A stretch of DNA of 23,997 bases from Ginkgo biloba (taxonomy: Eukaryota > Plantae > Ginkgophyta). The DNA lies in contig JANKJI020000004.1 in the NCBI GenBank assembly GCA_024626585.2, forward strand, positions 19,095,624 to 19,119,620, written 5' to 3'. Of the stretch, positions 10,992-21,467 are shown in pieces (the stretch's first letter is position 1; each line of letters opens with the position of its first letter). The notes below the pieces were generated by a model. The model saw only the letters and a list, made by a program, of their open reading frames with translations. It ran no database searches and had not been told where the DNA came from. The translations under genes were made by a program, and so were the position numbers.

Positions 10992-12201
10992 NNNNNNNNN
11001 NNNNNNNNNNNNNNNNNNNNNNNNNNNNNNNNNNNNNNNNNNNNNNNNNNNNNNNNNNNNNNNNNNNNNNNNNNNNNNNNNNNNNNNNNNNGATATATTT
11101 TCTTAAGACAAGGTTACTATTTATTTTATATGATTTTAGTCTTGAACGATACAGGGTTACTGTTTTAACAACTATATAGAGTCACATGATTAGGTTGGTT
11201 GATTATTTTAGAAAAATAAGAAGGATGTCAATGAAAATGATCAAGATTTGTATTTATTGAGAATCATGTGCAAGTGAGCAAAGATGAATCCATCATTTGA
11301 CTTCTCAGATTTCCATTAAAATAGATTCATTATATAAAGGGATTTTATATGTATTAGATTTGGATTTGTTATGATTATTAATAGTTGTTAACCAAAGTTT
11401 TTCTATTGATGGTTATGCTATGATGCATGCGGTTTCATTCATATGATAGAGGCTATACCACTTTTGTTTTCTAACCATATAAGTTTAACTTGAAGCTTTC
11501 AAGTTCCATCTATAATTGTATGAGGAAAAAAGAAAATAAAGATAAATTTCAAAGAATTCTCCATAAGAATCTATCTCGTAAGGACAACAATGGTAAACAT
11601 ATAATATAGTATACTAATATTAATTATCATCATACAAATTTGACATTCTAGAGTAAAATAATATGGAATAATATTTATGAAGAGACCACGCACAAAGTGT
11701 TGGCAATTCTAGGGCAAGTCCATGCTCATTGATGCATTGGCCTATAGGATTATGAAAAATAGACTAAATAAAACCATTACAATCGCTTAGGAGGATTTAC
11801 TACTTTATAGTTCTTTGATCTATGTAATAGAAGATGATATATTATTTCTATGCTACGATGAAGGAAACTTTGACATTTGATATAGAGTGTAAGGTATCAA
11901 GAATACCCTCTAGGTAAATAAATCAAATTAGAGTTGATGGTAGCATTTATTTATCTTAAATTGAATTGGGAGATATGGTTAAATATTTTTATCTATTGAT
12001 TGTTCATTTGTGAGTGTTATCTTTATTTGTATTTTTAGGGTATAAAATTCTATAGAAATTTTAGTTCCCAATTCTTCTCATTCCATGCCCCCCCATTTAT
12101 CTCTATATGCATCACTACATTTTTTTTTGGTAACTATTATTTGTTTAAATTTTTTTTCTCTTCCCCATAGAATAATTATCATTTTATCTAGAAAGGCCAC
12201 C

Positions 12202-12900
12202 ATGGCCTCCAATCTTGCAAACCCCACTCTCACTTATATGATAAAAACCACCCAAAATGTGGACCATATGGAGAAGTAATTCACCTTATTGTATTTTGTT
12301 CTTCAGACAATAACCTAGTGGCTCAATGCCATTGACTACTAGTTCCAAAACCTCTCCACCACATGTAGCACCAACAATGACTCTACTCATAACACTCCTT
12401 TACAATAAGATAATAATTCCCACCTTTGATCCATATCTCAGTAATAACTCTACCTGTATTTGGATCAATAAGCTTGAATCATAATTCACCTTGAACCCCA
12501 TGTCAGTTGATGACCATCTCACCTTTTCCTTGATCCACATAGAAGGAAAATTGCATAATTGGTTCATTTAGTGGAAAATATATTACTAACACACTAATAA
12601 TTATAANNNNNNNNNNNNNNNNNNNNNNNNNNNNNNNNNNNNNNNNNNNNNNNNNNNNNNNNNNNNNNNNNNNNNNNNNNNNNNNNNNNGACTTCCTTTG
12701 TTCTAGTCTCCCCAAAATTTTCTCTCTCAATGTTTGGATCATGGAATGCTTATAAAAATCTTCATATATGGTCTAAAATAATACATCAACATTCATAACA
12801 AGACACTCATCCATAGTACTCTTCATGAGGTGACATCCTTGGTAAAATCTACAGAAGTAGAATTTACAACAAATTGAGATCCTTACGAATGGAATAACAC
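12202..12900 (+). pseudogene. gag: gag remnant of the chromovirus element
   Basis: LIHIEGKLHNWFI*WK (about 12530-12577) resembles xHLEGxAxxWYxWW. CLDHGMLIKIFIYGLK*YINIHNKTLIHSTLHEVTSLVKSTE (about 12731-12856) resembles LxExxLxxxFIxGLKxxIxxxVxxxxPxTLxEAxxLAxxxE. A candidate start GCCACCATGG lies at 12196-12205. Confidence 0.7.
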
Positions 12901-13913
12901 ACCTTTTATTCCTTGACCAAATCTAGACAAAGAATACCTAGATNNNNNNNNNNNNNNNNNNNNNNNNNNNNNNNNNNNNNNNNNNNNNNNNNNNNNNNNN
13001 NNNNNNNNNNNNNNNNNNNNNNNNNNNNNNNNNNNNNNNNNNNNNNNNNNNNNNNNNNNNNNNNNNNNNNNNNNNNNNNNNNNNNNNNNNNNNNNNNNNN
13101 NNNNNNNNNNNNNNNNNNNNNNNNNNNNNNNNNNNNNNNNNNNNNNNNNNNNNNNNNNNNNNNNNNNNNNNNNNNNNNNNNNNNNNNNNNNNNNNNNNNN
13201 NNNNNNNNNNNNNNNNNNNNNNNNNNNNNNNNNNNNNNNNNNNNNNNNNNNNNNNNNNNNNNNNNNNNNNNNNNNNNNNNNNNNNNNNNNNNNNNNNNNN
13301 NNNNNNNNNNNNNNNNNNNNNNNNNNNNNNNNNNNNNNNNNNNNNNNNNNNNNNNNNNNNNNNNNNNNNNNNNNNNNNNNNNNNNNNNNNNNNNNNNNNN
13401 NNNNNNNNNNNNNNNNNNNNNNNNNNNNNNNNNNNNNNNNNNNNNNNNNNNNNNNNNNNNNNNNNNNNNNNNNNNNNNNNNNNNNNNNNNNNNNNNNNNN
13501 NNNNNNNNNNNNNNNNNNNNNNNNNNNNNNNNNNNNNNNNNNNNNNNNNNNNNNNNNNNNNNNNNNNNNNNNNNNNNNNNNNNNNNNNNNNNNNNNNNNN
13601 NNNNNNNNNNNNNNNNNNNNNNNNNNNNNNNNNNNNNNNNNNNNNNNNNNNNNNNNNNNNNNNNNNNNNNNNNNNNNNNNNNNNNNNNNNNNNNNNNNNN
13701 NNNNNNNNNNNNNNNNNNNNNNNNNNNNNNNNNNNNNNNNNNNNNNNNNNNNNNNNNNNNNNNNNNNNNNNNNNNNNNNNNNNNNNNNNNNNNNNNNNNN
13801 NNNNNNNNNNNNNNNNNNNNNNNNNNNNNNNNNNNNNNNNNNNNNNNNNNNNNNNNNNNNNNNNNNNNNNNNNNNNNNNNNNNNNNNNNNNNNNNNNNNN
13901 NNNNNNNNNNNNN

Positions 13914-14460
13914 TATGATTGTCATAAGGCTTCCTTTCACACTCACCATGGGCATTTTAAATTTTGAATCATGCCTTTTGGCCTTTGTAATTCCCTAACC
14001 ACATTTCATTATATTTTTCTTGTACCTTCAGATGTATGCCATCATCTTTTTTGATGAAATACTTATCTACAACAAATATTAGTCTCAACACCTCCACCAT
14101 CTTGAATTCATCCTCCAAGTCCTTGCCCAAAATAAACTATATGCTAAACTTAAGAAATGTGAGTTTGGAAAGACCTAGCTCTAATATATAGGATACATCA
14201 TATCCTCTAATGGTATTTAGGTGGACCCTAGAAAGGTATTTGCCATTGTCTCTTGTCCTCCTCCTAACAACTTGACCAAACTATGGTACTTCCTCATCCT
14301 TACTATTTTTTATAGATAATTTATCATAGCACATGCCTTAGTCACCATTTCTCTCATAAATATCCTCCATAAGGATTCATTCCATTAGTCGCATGAGTCT
14401 CCAAAATCCTTCCTCTATCTAAAGTCCCTTCTCACTTACACCCCAATCCTTTCCACCTGA
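13914..14460 (+). pseudogene. pol: Reverse transcriptase C-terminal half and thumb, with stops and one deletion/frameshift
   Basis: Translates as DCHKASFHTHHGHFKF*IMPFGLCNSLTTF, then YAIIFFDEILIY (catalytic FFDD degraded to FFDE at 14047-14058), then HLEFILQVLAQNKLYAKLKKCEFGKT*L*YIGYIISSNGI*VDPRKV...FYR*FI...KDSFH*S...TPIL. Confidence 0.95.
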
Positions 14461-14830
14461 TACTTCACTCAACCTTTCTAGATCAAGTGCAACATATATG
14501 GATTCATCCTTGGAGTTTTTTTTATTCAATAATNNNNNNNNNNNNNNNNNNNNNNNNNNNNNNNNNNNNNNNNNNNNNNNNNNNNNAATGTTGACTATCC
14601 ACATACCAAAAGTATATAAAGGCTATCGTCCATAATTTAGAAAAATGATGTCAATACCTCAATGATTCTAAATTCACCATCTTGATGAACCTTAACAACC
14701 TTAAAATCCATCTTGACAAATCAATTTTATTAGAAGAACAAAAAAAATAGTTTGATCTTCTCCAGATATTCGAATTCAATATTTCCTATAATAGGAAAAA
14801 GATAATATTATCATTGAGGTCCTCTATTAA
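14461..14830 (+). pseudogene. pol: RNase H domain remnant (chromovirus)
   Basis: YFTQPF*IKCNIYGFILGVFL matches DFTxPFxIECDASGxGxGAVL. After the gap, LSTYQKYIKAIVHNLEK*CQYLNDSKFTILMNLNNLK...EEQKK*FDLLQIFEFNISY matches STYEKExxAIxHAxxKWRQYLxGxKFxIxTDHxSLK...EQQKW. Confidence 0.92.
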
Positions 14831-14969
14831 CTTCCACATAACCCACTCCCTATCCCACCCCTAATCCTCCTAGCTTGAAAACCTTGTTCTTTTTAGCCAA
14901 GACAATAAATACCTTGATCAATAGACACAAAAAGTTGTTCATCACCTTGATTAGTCCTTGCAGGACACC

Positions 14970-15410
14970 ATATTTCTCTACAAATCATCACTCTTTATGT
15001 ATTCCCATTATTCATTAATTTTTACCATTATTATTGAGTACCATTTATTATCACTTCAAGTCCATTTAGGATTTTATAAAACTTATCAATGTATTTATGT
15101 CAACTTCTACTAGGCCTAAATGTAATCCATCATTGCCACCTTCATTGTAGAATATGACACCTACAAGTACCAAAGGATAAAAATATGGCCCAACCTATCC
15201 TACTCCAACACATACAAGTCCCTCAAGGAATGTGTCAATATATTTCCATGGACATCATCCCTATCCTTCTTATCTCTACCATACTCCATCTTGGTCATTA
15301 TCGATTACCTATCCAAATACACCTAGTTCATCCTTATGCACACTTTATATAAATATCCCCGCTTGGAGAAATATTACATAAAATCTATTTCTTGATTGTA
15401 TGGGTTCCCC
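14970..15410 (+). pseudogene. pol: Integrase N-terminal HHCC zinc-binding domain and start of catalytic core (chromovirus), truncated
   Basis: IIEYHLLSLQVHLGFYKTYQCIYVNFY*A*M*SIIATFIVEYDTY (15030-15165; Cys codons read TAT/TAC), LLQHIQVPQGMCQYISMDII (15200-15259) and ILVIIDYLSKYT*FI (15288-15332), with frameshifts between blocks. Confidence 0.9.
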
Positions 15411-15589
15411 TCAAACTAATGGGGTTTGAATTATCCCCATATCTATCTATTCTTTATAAATTTGTATACCCTTTAAAGAAATCATTAGGNNNNNNNNNNN
15501 NNNNNNNNNNNNNNNNNNNNNNNNNNNNNNNNNNNNNNNNNNNNNNNNNNNNNNNNNNNNNNNNNNNNNNNNNNNNNNNNNNNNNNNNN

Positions 15590-16251
15590 ATCATGGTGTG
15601 TAGTTCATGAGATAGCTTCTGGCCACGCTCATGGAATGGATTTAAATTAAACATCGATTCTCCGTTGCATATCACCCTGAGGGCAATGATTTAGTAGAGA
15701 CTATAAACAAGACCTTGGTGCATATTCTAAAATGCATGGTGGGCCAGCACAAGCTAGAGTGACACGTCCTCCTCTTCTCAACCCTTTTGACCTATCACAT
15801 GGCGTTTAAGGCTTTGACTCAAGCCATGCCATTTTCTCTCGTTAATGGCTTCAAAGCCATTCTTCCAATCCAGTTAGAAATTTTGTCTCTTTAAGTCACA
15901 CTCGCGAGTGATGAGTTCTCATCAGAGGACCCACTAGTCGCGAGATTAGAAGCCCTACTCGCACTTGATGAGAAATGTCTTGCCTCATAGTAGCATATTG
16001 AGGCTACTCAAAGAAGGTAGGATTGGTGGTTTGAGCGAAAGACCAAGTGTCATGAGCTTATAATTCACAACTTAGTACTTCTTTGGAGTGAAGAGTGGGA
16101 TAAGCATTTAGGGAAATTTGAAAGTGCTTAGGAAGGCTCATACCATATTAAATTTTATTTTAACAATAGGGCCTTTGAGTTAAGTGATATGGATAGTAGG
16201 AAACTTCCCAATCCAATTAATGGGGAGTTTCTTAAGAAGTCTTTCCCTTGA
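15590..16251 (+). pseudogene. pol: Integrase core and GPY/F C-terminus of a non-chromovirus Ty3/gypsy element (Tat/Ogre/Athila superclade)
   Basis: One frame of 219 codons from 15592, 9 internal stops, no frameshift: (D)HGV*F...IKHRFSVAYHPEGNDLVETINKTLVHILKCMV...E*H...AMPFSLVNGFKAILPIQLEI...RLEALLALDEK...GKFESA*EGSYHI...NNRAFELSDMDSRKLPNPINGEFLKKSFP*. It ends without a chromodomain. Confidence 0.95.
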
Positions 16252-16989
16252 TAGGCCTATATAGGTTGATTTCCCTAGTAGGATCATTTTTTAATTAGTT
16301 AGGCATGTGACGTTGCAACCTATACTGGAAGTTGTCTTTTCTTCTCCCTCTCAAAGATTAGTATATTTTGGCCTCTCGCCAGCTTATAGCCCTAGATTTC
16401 TTGTCATTGCATCATTAGGATAGCTTCTCTTGCTAAACGCTAGTTGTCCTTAATTTTTCATTATAAAATAGTGAGTTCATGTTCTTTAAACTGTGTTCTA
16501 TTGTTGTATGTAGGTCCCATTGTTATTATATATATTGTCGTTCTTTTAGACACCTTTCTATTCTAATTTTTGTTGCATGTTGCCAACCTTTCATTGTCAG
16601 TCCTGTTGTTAACCTTTGTAACATTTTTATTTTGCAATCTTCGTCATGTTTAGGGTTTCTCTTTGTAGTTCCCTTGAATTAGAGTGTTGGGATTATGTAT
16701 TATTTTTCTTTTATTGACATATGTGCACCANNNNNNNNNNNNNNNTTTGAATTTCAAGTGAATTATGTAGAAAATCGACAAAATTCAAACTAGAGCACCT
16801 CCGATCGAGCTTAAAACAAAATATTTACTCAGGTTGGTTTGATGTTGGTTTCCATACGATCAGTGTAAGATCAGATGCAACAGTGGCTTAGATGGATGCC
16901 CAAATTGATCCCTAGTCGACGGGTAATAACTGGATTCAATGGCTGTCTGTTCGATGCCCCTTCGATGGATCCCTAGTTGTGTATTCGAA
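16252..16989 (+). mobile_element. Probable long 3' untranslated region of the Tat/Athila-type element
   Basis: Directly follows the integrase stop, is T-rich, shows no PPT/LTR within 700 bp, and retains CpGs plus a short degenerate tandem repeat at 16895-16977. Long 3' UTRs are typical of this clade. Confidence 0.55.
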
Positions 16990-19069
16990 NNNNNNNNNNN
17001 NNNNNNNNNNNNNNNNNNNNNNNNNNNNNNNNNNNNNNNNNNNNNNNNNNNNNNNNNNNNNNNNNNNNNNNNNNNNNNNNNNNNNNNNNGCTCCCTAACA
17101 GATTAAGGTTATTCTAGATATTAGAGCCTAATCATGTAAAATATCTATATTTCTATTACTTGTAGGCTAGTGGGTAAAATTAATAGTTTGGTTGGATGAG
17201 ATTCCAATTTGAAGACCTTGATTAGTTTCTTCATATCTATGGTTTTAAGATCTTTAACACCAAGAAGTTTATTTTCTGTATAATCAATATTTAAGCCACT
17301 TTATCATGTAAACAATGTTAATGTTTAGTTGGAAGTTCAAGCCTATGAGAATTTTAAAAAAATTGTTGGCTCTGTTTACATCGGATTATAAATTTTGATA
17401 TGTATCATTTGTCATACTAAGAGTTAATTAATTAGTTTTAGGATTCTAATTTATTTAACATTTGATATTTTACATAACCTCTTTGGAATTTTAAGTAGGA
17501 TAATATAAAAATCATGTATAAATTCCTAATCTTAATCCAATGCAAGTTAGCCTTCAAATAAATATTAAAGTACCATATTATAGTTTTTTATTTATGCATG
17601 GGCATAGGATTTGCATCCCCTATCCTTTTCTTATTACTTACACTAGGAAATTAGTTTTATGTGTGGTAATTTTGAGCAATTCTTATATCAATCTTAGAAA
17701 TGAATAATTACAACGACATTTTAATTAAGGGATAAATTGTTCTTATGTATATGAGTTATTTTATGAATATTTTTTTTTTATATTCTATAAGAAGATTATG
17801 CTTGGGTGATTTTAAACAACATTATTACATAATTTCTTTGACACCATTAATACATATACTATACCATTCATTTAATATGGAGCAAGAAGTGTACACTAAA
17901 GAATCAATCAATTAGAATTCCATCGAATTTATAGATAATCAAGAAATATTAGATCCTCTTAAGAATATTTTTATTATTATTCCCTTTCTTTTCTCTCTCT
18001 TATAAGTTTTTATTATGACATACTCTTATTCATAAGGTGATATAGATTAATAAAGGCAAGTCTATTGCTTAGGTATTAAAGAGTCAGTATTAGTTATAAT
18101 TATCATGGCTCATGTCACATGTTTCTATTCATTATGAGATTTATAATCATTCTACTAAAAAGTTTCTATTATTTCCTATGAAATAAACTAAAACTAATTG
18201 TAATTTTGAGTCATCTAGTAAAATAATTCTTATAAGTTTATGTGGTCATAGTACTTTCAACCTTTAGGGTCACATGATATAATTATAATTTTATTAAATA
18301 AAGTTGAATATGGTGTATATGAGCCACAATAAAGAAGTAGCTTTATGAAAGAAATAAGAATTAATGGATATTTCTGTGGATGAAGTGGAAAAATCTCTAA
18401 TAAAATAATCATTAAAATAAAAATTTAGAAGTAGCCACAATAACAACAAAAATTAAAGAATGTACTAGCCTTATCAAACAAATTGAAAGTCACTTATAAT
18501 GTTTACTTTGACAACAATTATCTAAAAATCTAAGGAAGCCTAAGGAGATACACTAGTAAACCATAACATAATGTCGTCACTTACCATTGCCAAAAAATGA
18601 CTTATGAAATAGAGGAAAAACCATTTTATTTTCTTATCAAAATAAATGGAAGAGCATTTATTCTATATGGCTAATACTTAGATCAAACATAAATCAACAT
18701 TTCTTAAGGATTAGATTAAGGATGACTAAATATGTATCCTTTTGATAAGATTATTTCTTTCTTTAAAGCATAAAAGGATTCCACCCTTATACAAGAAATA
18801 ACGAGATACCTATAATCTTATGTTACCTAAATAAATCAAGTAGGGGCTACCAAAAAATCTAAGAGGATTCAATGGCAATTATATATGTGGATTTTGACCT
18901 ATAATTGAAGAGGGTTTTGCATTAAAAATATAATATAATTTCACTATCTATTTTCTCTTTCTTATATTCCTTAAATTATTACTTATAAGTATTTAACAAC
19001 CTTATTTATATTCCCTCTTATTGTTTTCTAAGAAAAAATCTTAGAAATATTAAAACTAGAATCATTAAT

Positions 19070-20077
19070 AACTCTTTTCATAACATCTCTTGTAAAAGTT
19101 TATTATGGGAATAAAAAAAGGATTTACAAGTGAGTTTCATCTTCATTGTAATCCCTTTGCTACTTAATATGTCAAATATTATGTAAAAATATTTCTCCTT
19201 TGATTATCATTTAAGACTTAAAAATTCCTTAAATAACTCATTGAAGAGTGTAGGCCCTTTTAGGATCCCCAATCCTAATTAGATTCCTCTCTAATTAATA
19301 AGGAACTAGAACATATCATTTACAAGGGTTAAAATATTTTACTCAAAAGTATCTTAATATTATAGTCTATAAAAACCATTATATCTAGTTTAGAACTTAT
19401 ATCCTTATTAAGGAAAATATCTCTTGATTCTTCTATTTTTATTCAATAAATATATAAAAATATTAATACTTCTACAAGACATCAAATGATACTTATAAAA
19501 AGGAAAAAGAATATTCTATGAAACTTTAGTTTATAGACCTATTTACATATTAGATTTCAGATTATATTAAACTTACCACTTTTAAAAAATTAGATTCTAT
19601 AAAAATAAACAATCTTCTAAAGATGTCATAAGGTTTATTTCATTTATTTTACTCCCAAAATAAATGATCCCTCTTAAGGAGATAAACCTACTTGCATTTA
19701 CAATCCATTTATGGATATTTTATGCAAACCCACTTGAAAAATAAAGTAAGCTTTATATGATTTACTTCACTCCCAAAATACTTGTGACCTCTTTAGTAGT
19801 CAACCTATTTATGTTTACAAGGCTTATATTTTAAAAAATACATCTNNNNNNNNNNNNNNNNNNNTCATGTTAAGTTTTTAATTATATCGTAGTAAAGGAA
19901 GTACCTAAAGTATTCAACATAGCTCTTATTGGAACTTAAAGATAATTTTTTAACAAAATATTATTTTGATCACATATGATAAAAAATCCTCACCATAACA
20001 TACCCATCCTTAAATGACTATAAACTCTTAAAAATTATGAAATATATAATTCCTTCCCAATAGATTAATATTTTCTC
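19070..20077 (+). pseudogene. Highly decayed copy of a divergent member of the same accessory ORF family
   Basis: Colinear motifs LIEECRPF*DPQS (19237), LAFTIH (19691), KLYMIYF (19748), DNF (19941) and D*YF (20063) occur in the same order and with similar spacing to the 9.75-11 kb ORF. There are many frameshifts. Confidence 0.45.
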
Positions 20078-20758
20078 NNNNNNNNNNNNNNNNNNNNNNN
20101 NNNNNNNNNNNNNNNNNNNNNNNNNNNNNNNNNNNNNNNNNNNNNNNNNNNNNNNNNNNNNNNNNNNNNNNNNNNNNATTTGCAATCATTTGGATTTATT
20201 CAATTATATTTATCCATTTAGGTATTTATAAAACCCCCATCCAATCCTATTATAGTATCTACAACTCACATTAGAACAAGCATATATAAACTATTAAACA
20301 TAAGTGGAATAATATTATAAAGGGATAATATAAGTATAACTTAGTGACATTAGGAACCTTAAACCTCAAAATATAGATAAAATTACTCATCTTTAATCAT
20401 CCTACTCATTTTGATAAAATAAATTTAGAGATTCGTATTATGATAAAACACCTTTAAGTTTTATTAGATACAATGGAAAATATTTCAATTAGGATTTAGG
20501 TATCAGATACCTCCTATAGATCTATGGAATTATCCATAATTTATAATAAGTATGCCATTATCAATAACCTTAAGAGGAAGAGTTATAATTTTTATAGACT
20601 TTACTAAATTAACTCTCTCATTAATACTAGTATAGATAATAATAAGATTTTGTTGTCTTCGTTACTATAAATGGAATTATATAATCCTACATATATTAGA
20701 TATGAGGGCAGTGATGTATTCACTGTGTAGGAAACTCACCATGCTCTCATATACAAAT

Positions 20759-21467
20759 CTTATGCCATTCTAAGAAATTATATATAATAAGGGTGAGTAG
20801 AATAAACTAACCACAAAAAGAAATCCTTATATAAAGGGAATTGTTGGACAAAGAATTCGATGCATGTCGGATCTAGCTCTGACTAACGTCAACATAGAAG
20901 GCACAATGGTGAGTGTTGGTAAGAAGGTGCCTAACATTAATGAAGAAGAAACCACTAATGGGTGTCAAAAGAGAACTTGACTAACTCTGATAAGAATGAT
21001 CTCATCGCCAAGTGTCATAAGGAATGAGGTGATATCGATAAGGAATGAGGGGATGTTAATATAAGACCTACAATAGCTCATCAACATAAGCCTACACTGA
21101 CATGAGTTAGTAGAGATTCTTATGCCATTCTAATAAATTCTAGATAATAAGGGTCAGTAGAATAAACTAACCACAAAAATAAATCCTTATACAAAGGGAC
21201 TGTTGGATGAATAATTCGACGTATGTCAGATCTTGGTTAGACCAACGCTGACATAAANNNNNNNNNNGATGAGTGTCGATAAGAAGGTGCCAAACACCGA
21301 CAAAGTAGAAACCACCAATAGATGTCAAAAATGAAGGTGACCAATTCTAATGGGAATGATCTCACTACTGAGCGTTAGAAAGAATGAGGCGATGTCGACA
21401 AGGAATGAGGCGACATCAACATGGGACCTACAACGAATCACTGATATAAGCCTACACTGACATGAGT
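20759..21467. repeat. Head-to-tail tandem dimer, unit about 360 bp, each unit with an internal 21-bp dimer
   Basis: CTTATGCCATTCTAA...AGTAGAATAAACTAACCACAAAAA.AAATCCTTAT starts at 20759 and 21119. Both units end ATAAGCCTACACTGACATGAGT. Internal (AGGAATGAGGCGATGTCGACA)-like x2 at about 21020-21061 and 21380-21421. Confidence 0.95.

Larger units (their letters stand above)
12202..15410 (+). mobile_element. Decayed Ty3/gypsy chromovirus (Reina-like) LTR retrotransposon, internal region gag-(PR in gap)-RT-RNaseH-INT
   Basis: Gag, RT, RNase H and integrase motifs occur in gypsy order on one strand across four contigs joined by gaps that are not the arbitrary 100-N size. No LTRs were identified. 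Lineage is inferred from motif style (ECDASG-like RNase H, LLxKDxFxW thumb). Confidence 0.88.

Noticed and set aside
11892-11903. PBS for the chromovirus element (AGGTATCAAGAA)
   Set aside because: Partial match only, and not preceded by a recognisable LTR end.
12906-13998. 349-aa and 361-aa ORFs in the track
   Set aside because: Almost entirely translation through the 970-N gap. The real RT frame after the gap is a different one.
17793-17975. LINE endonuclease fragment (CLGDFK...EFIDNQEILDPLKN)
   Set aside because: Suggestive of GDFN...FI..L.D motifs, but no FTW, RLDR or SDH follows.
3325-19767. Repeat pair as LTRs of a 16-kb element
   Set aside because: No TG...CA ends, PBS, PPT or TSD. 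The repeat has coding-like features, and the interval is a mosaic of unrelated contigs.
20759-21467. TRIM (two short LTRs) or CRISPR-like array
   Set aside because: The units abut directly with no internal PBS/PPT segment and no unique spacers; the context is eukaryotic.
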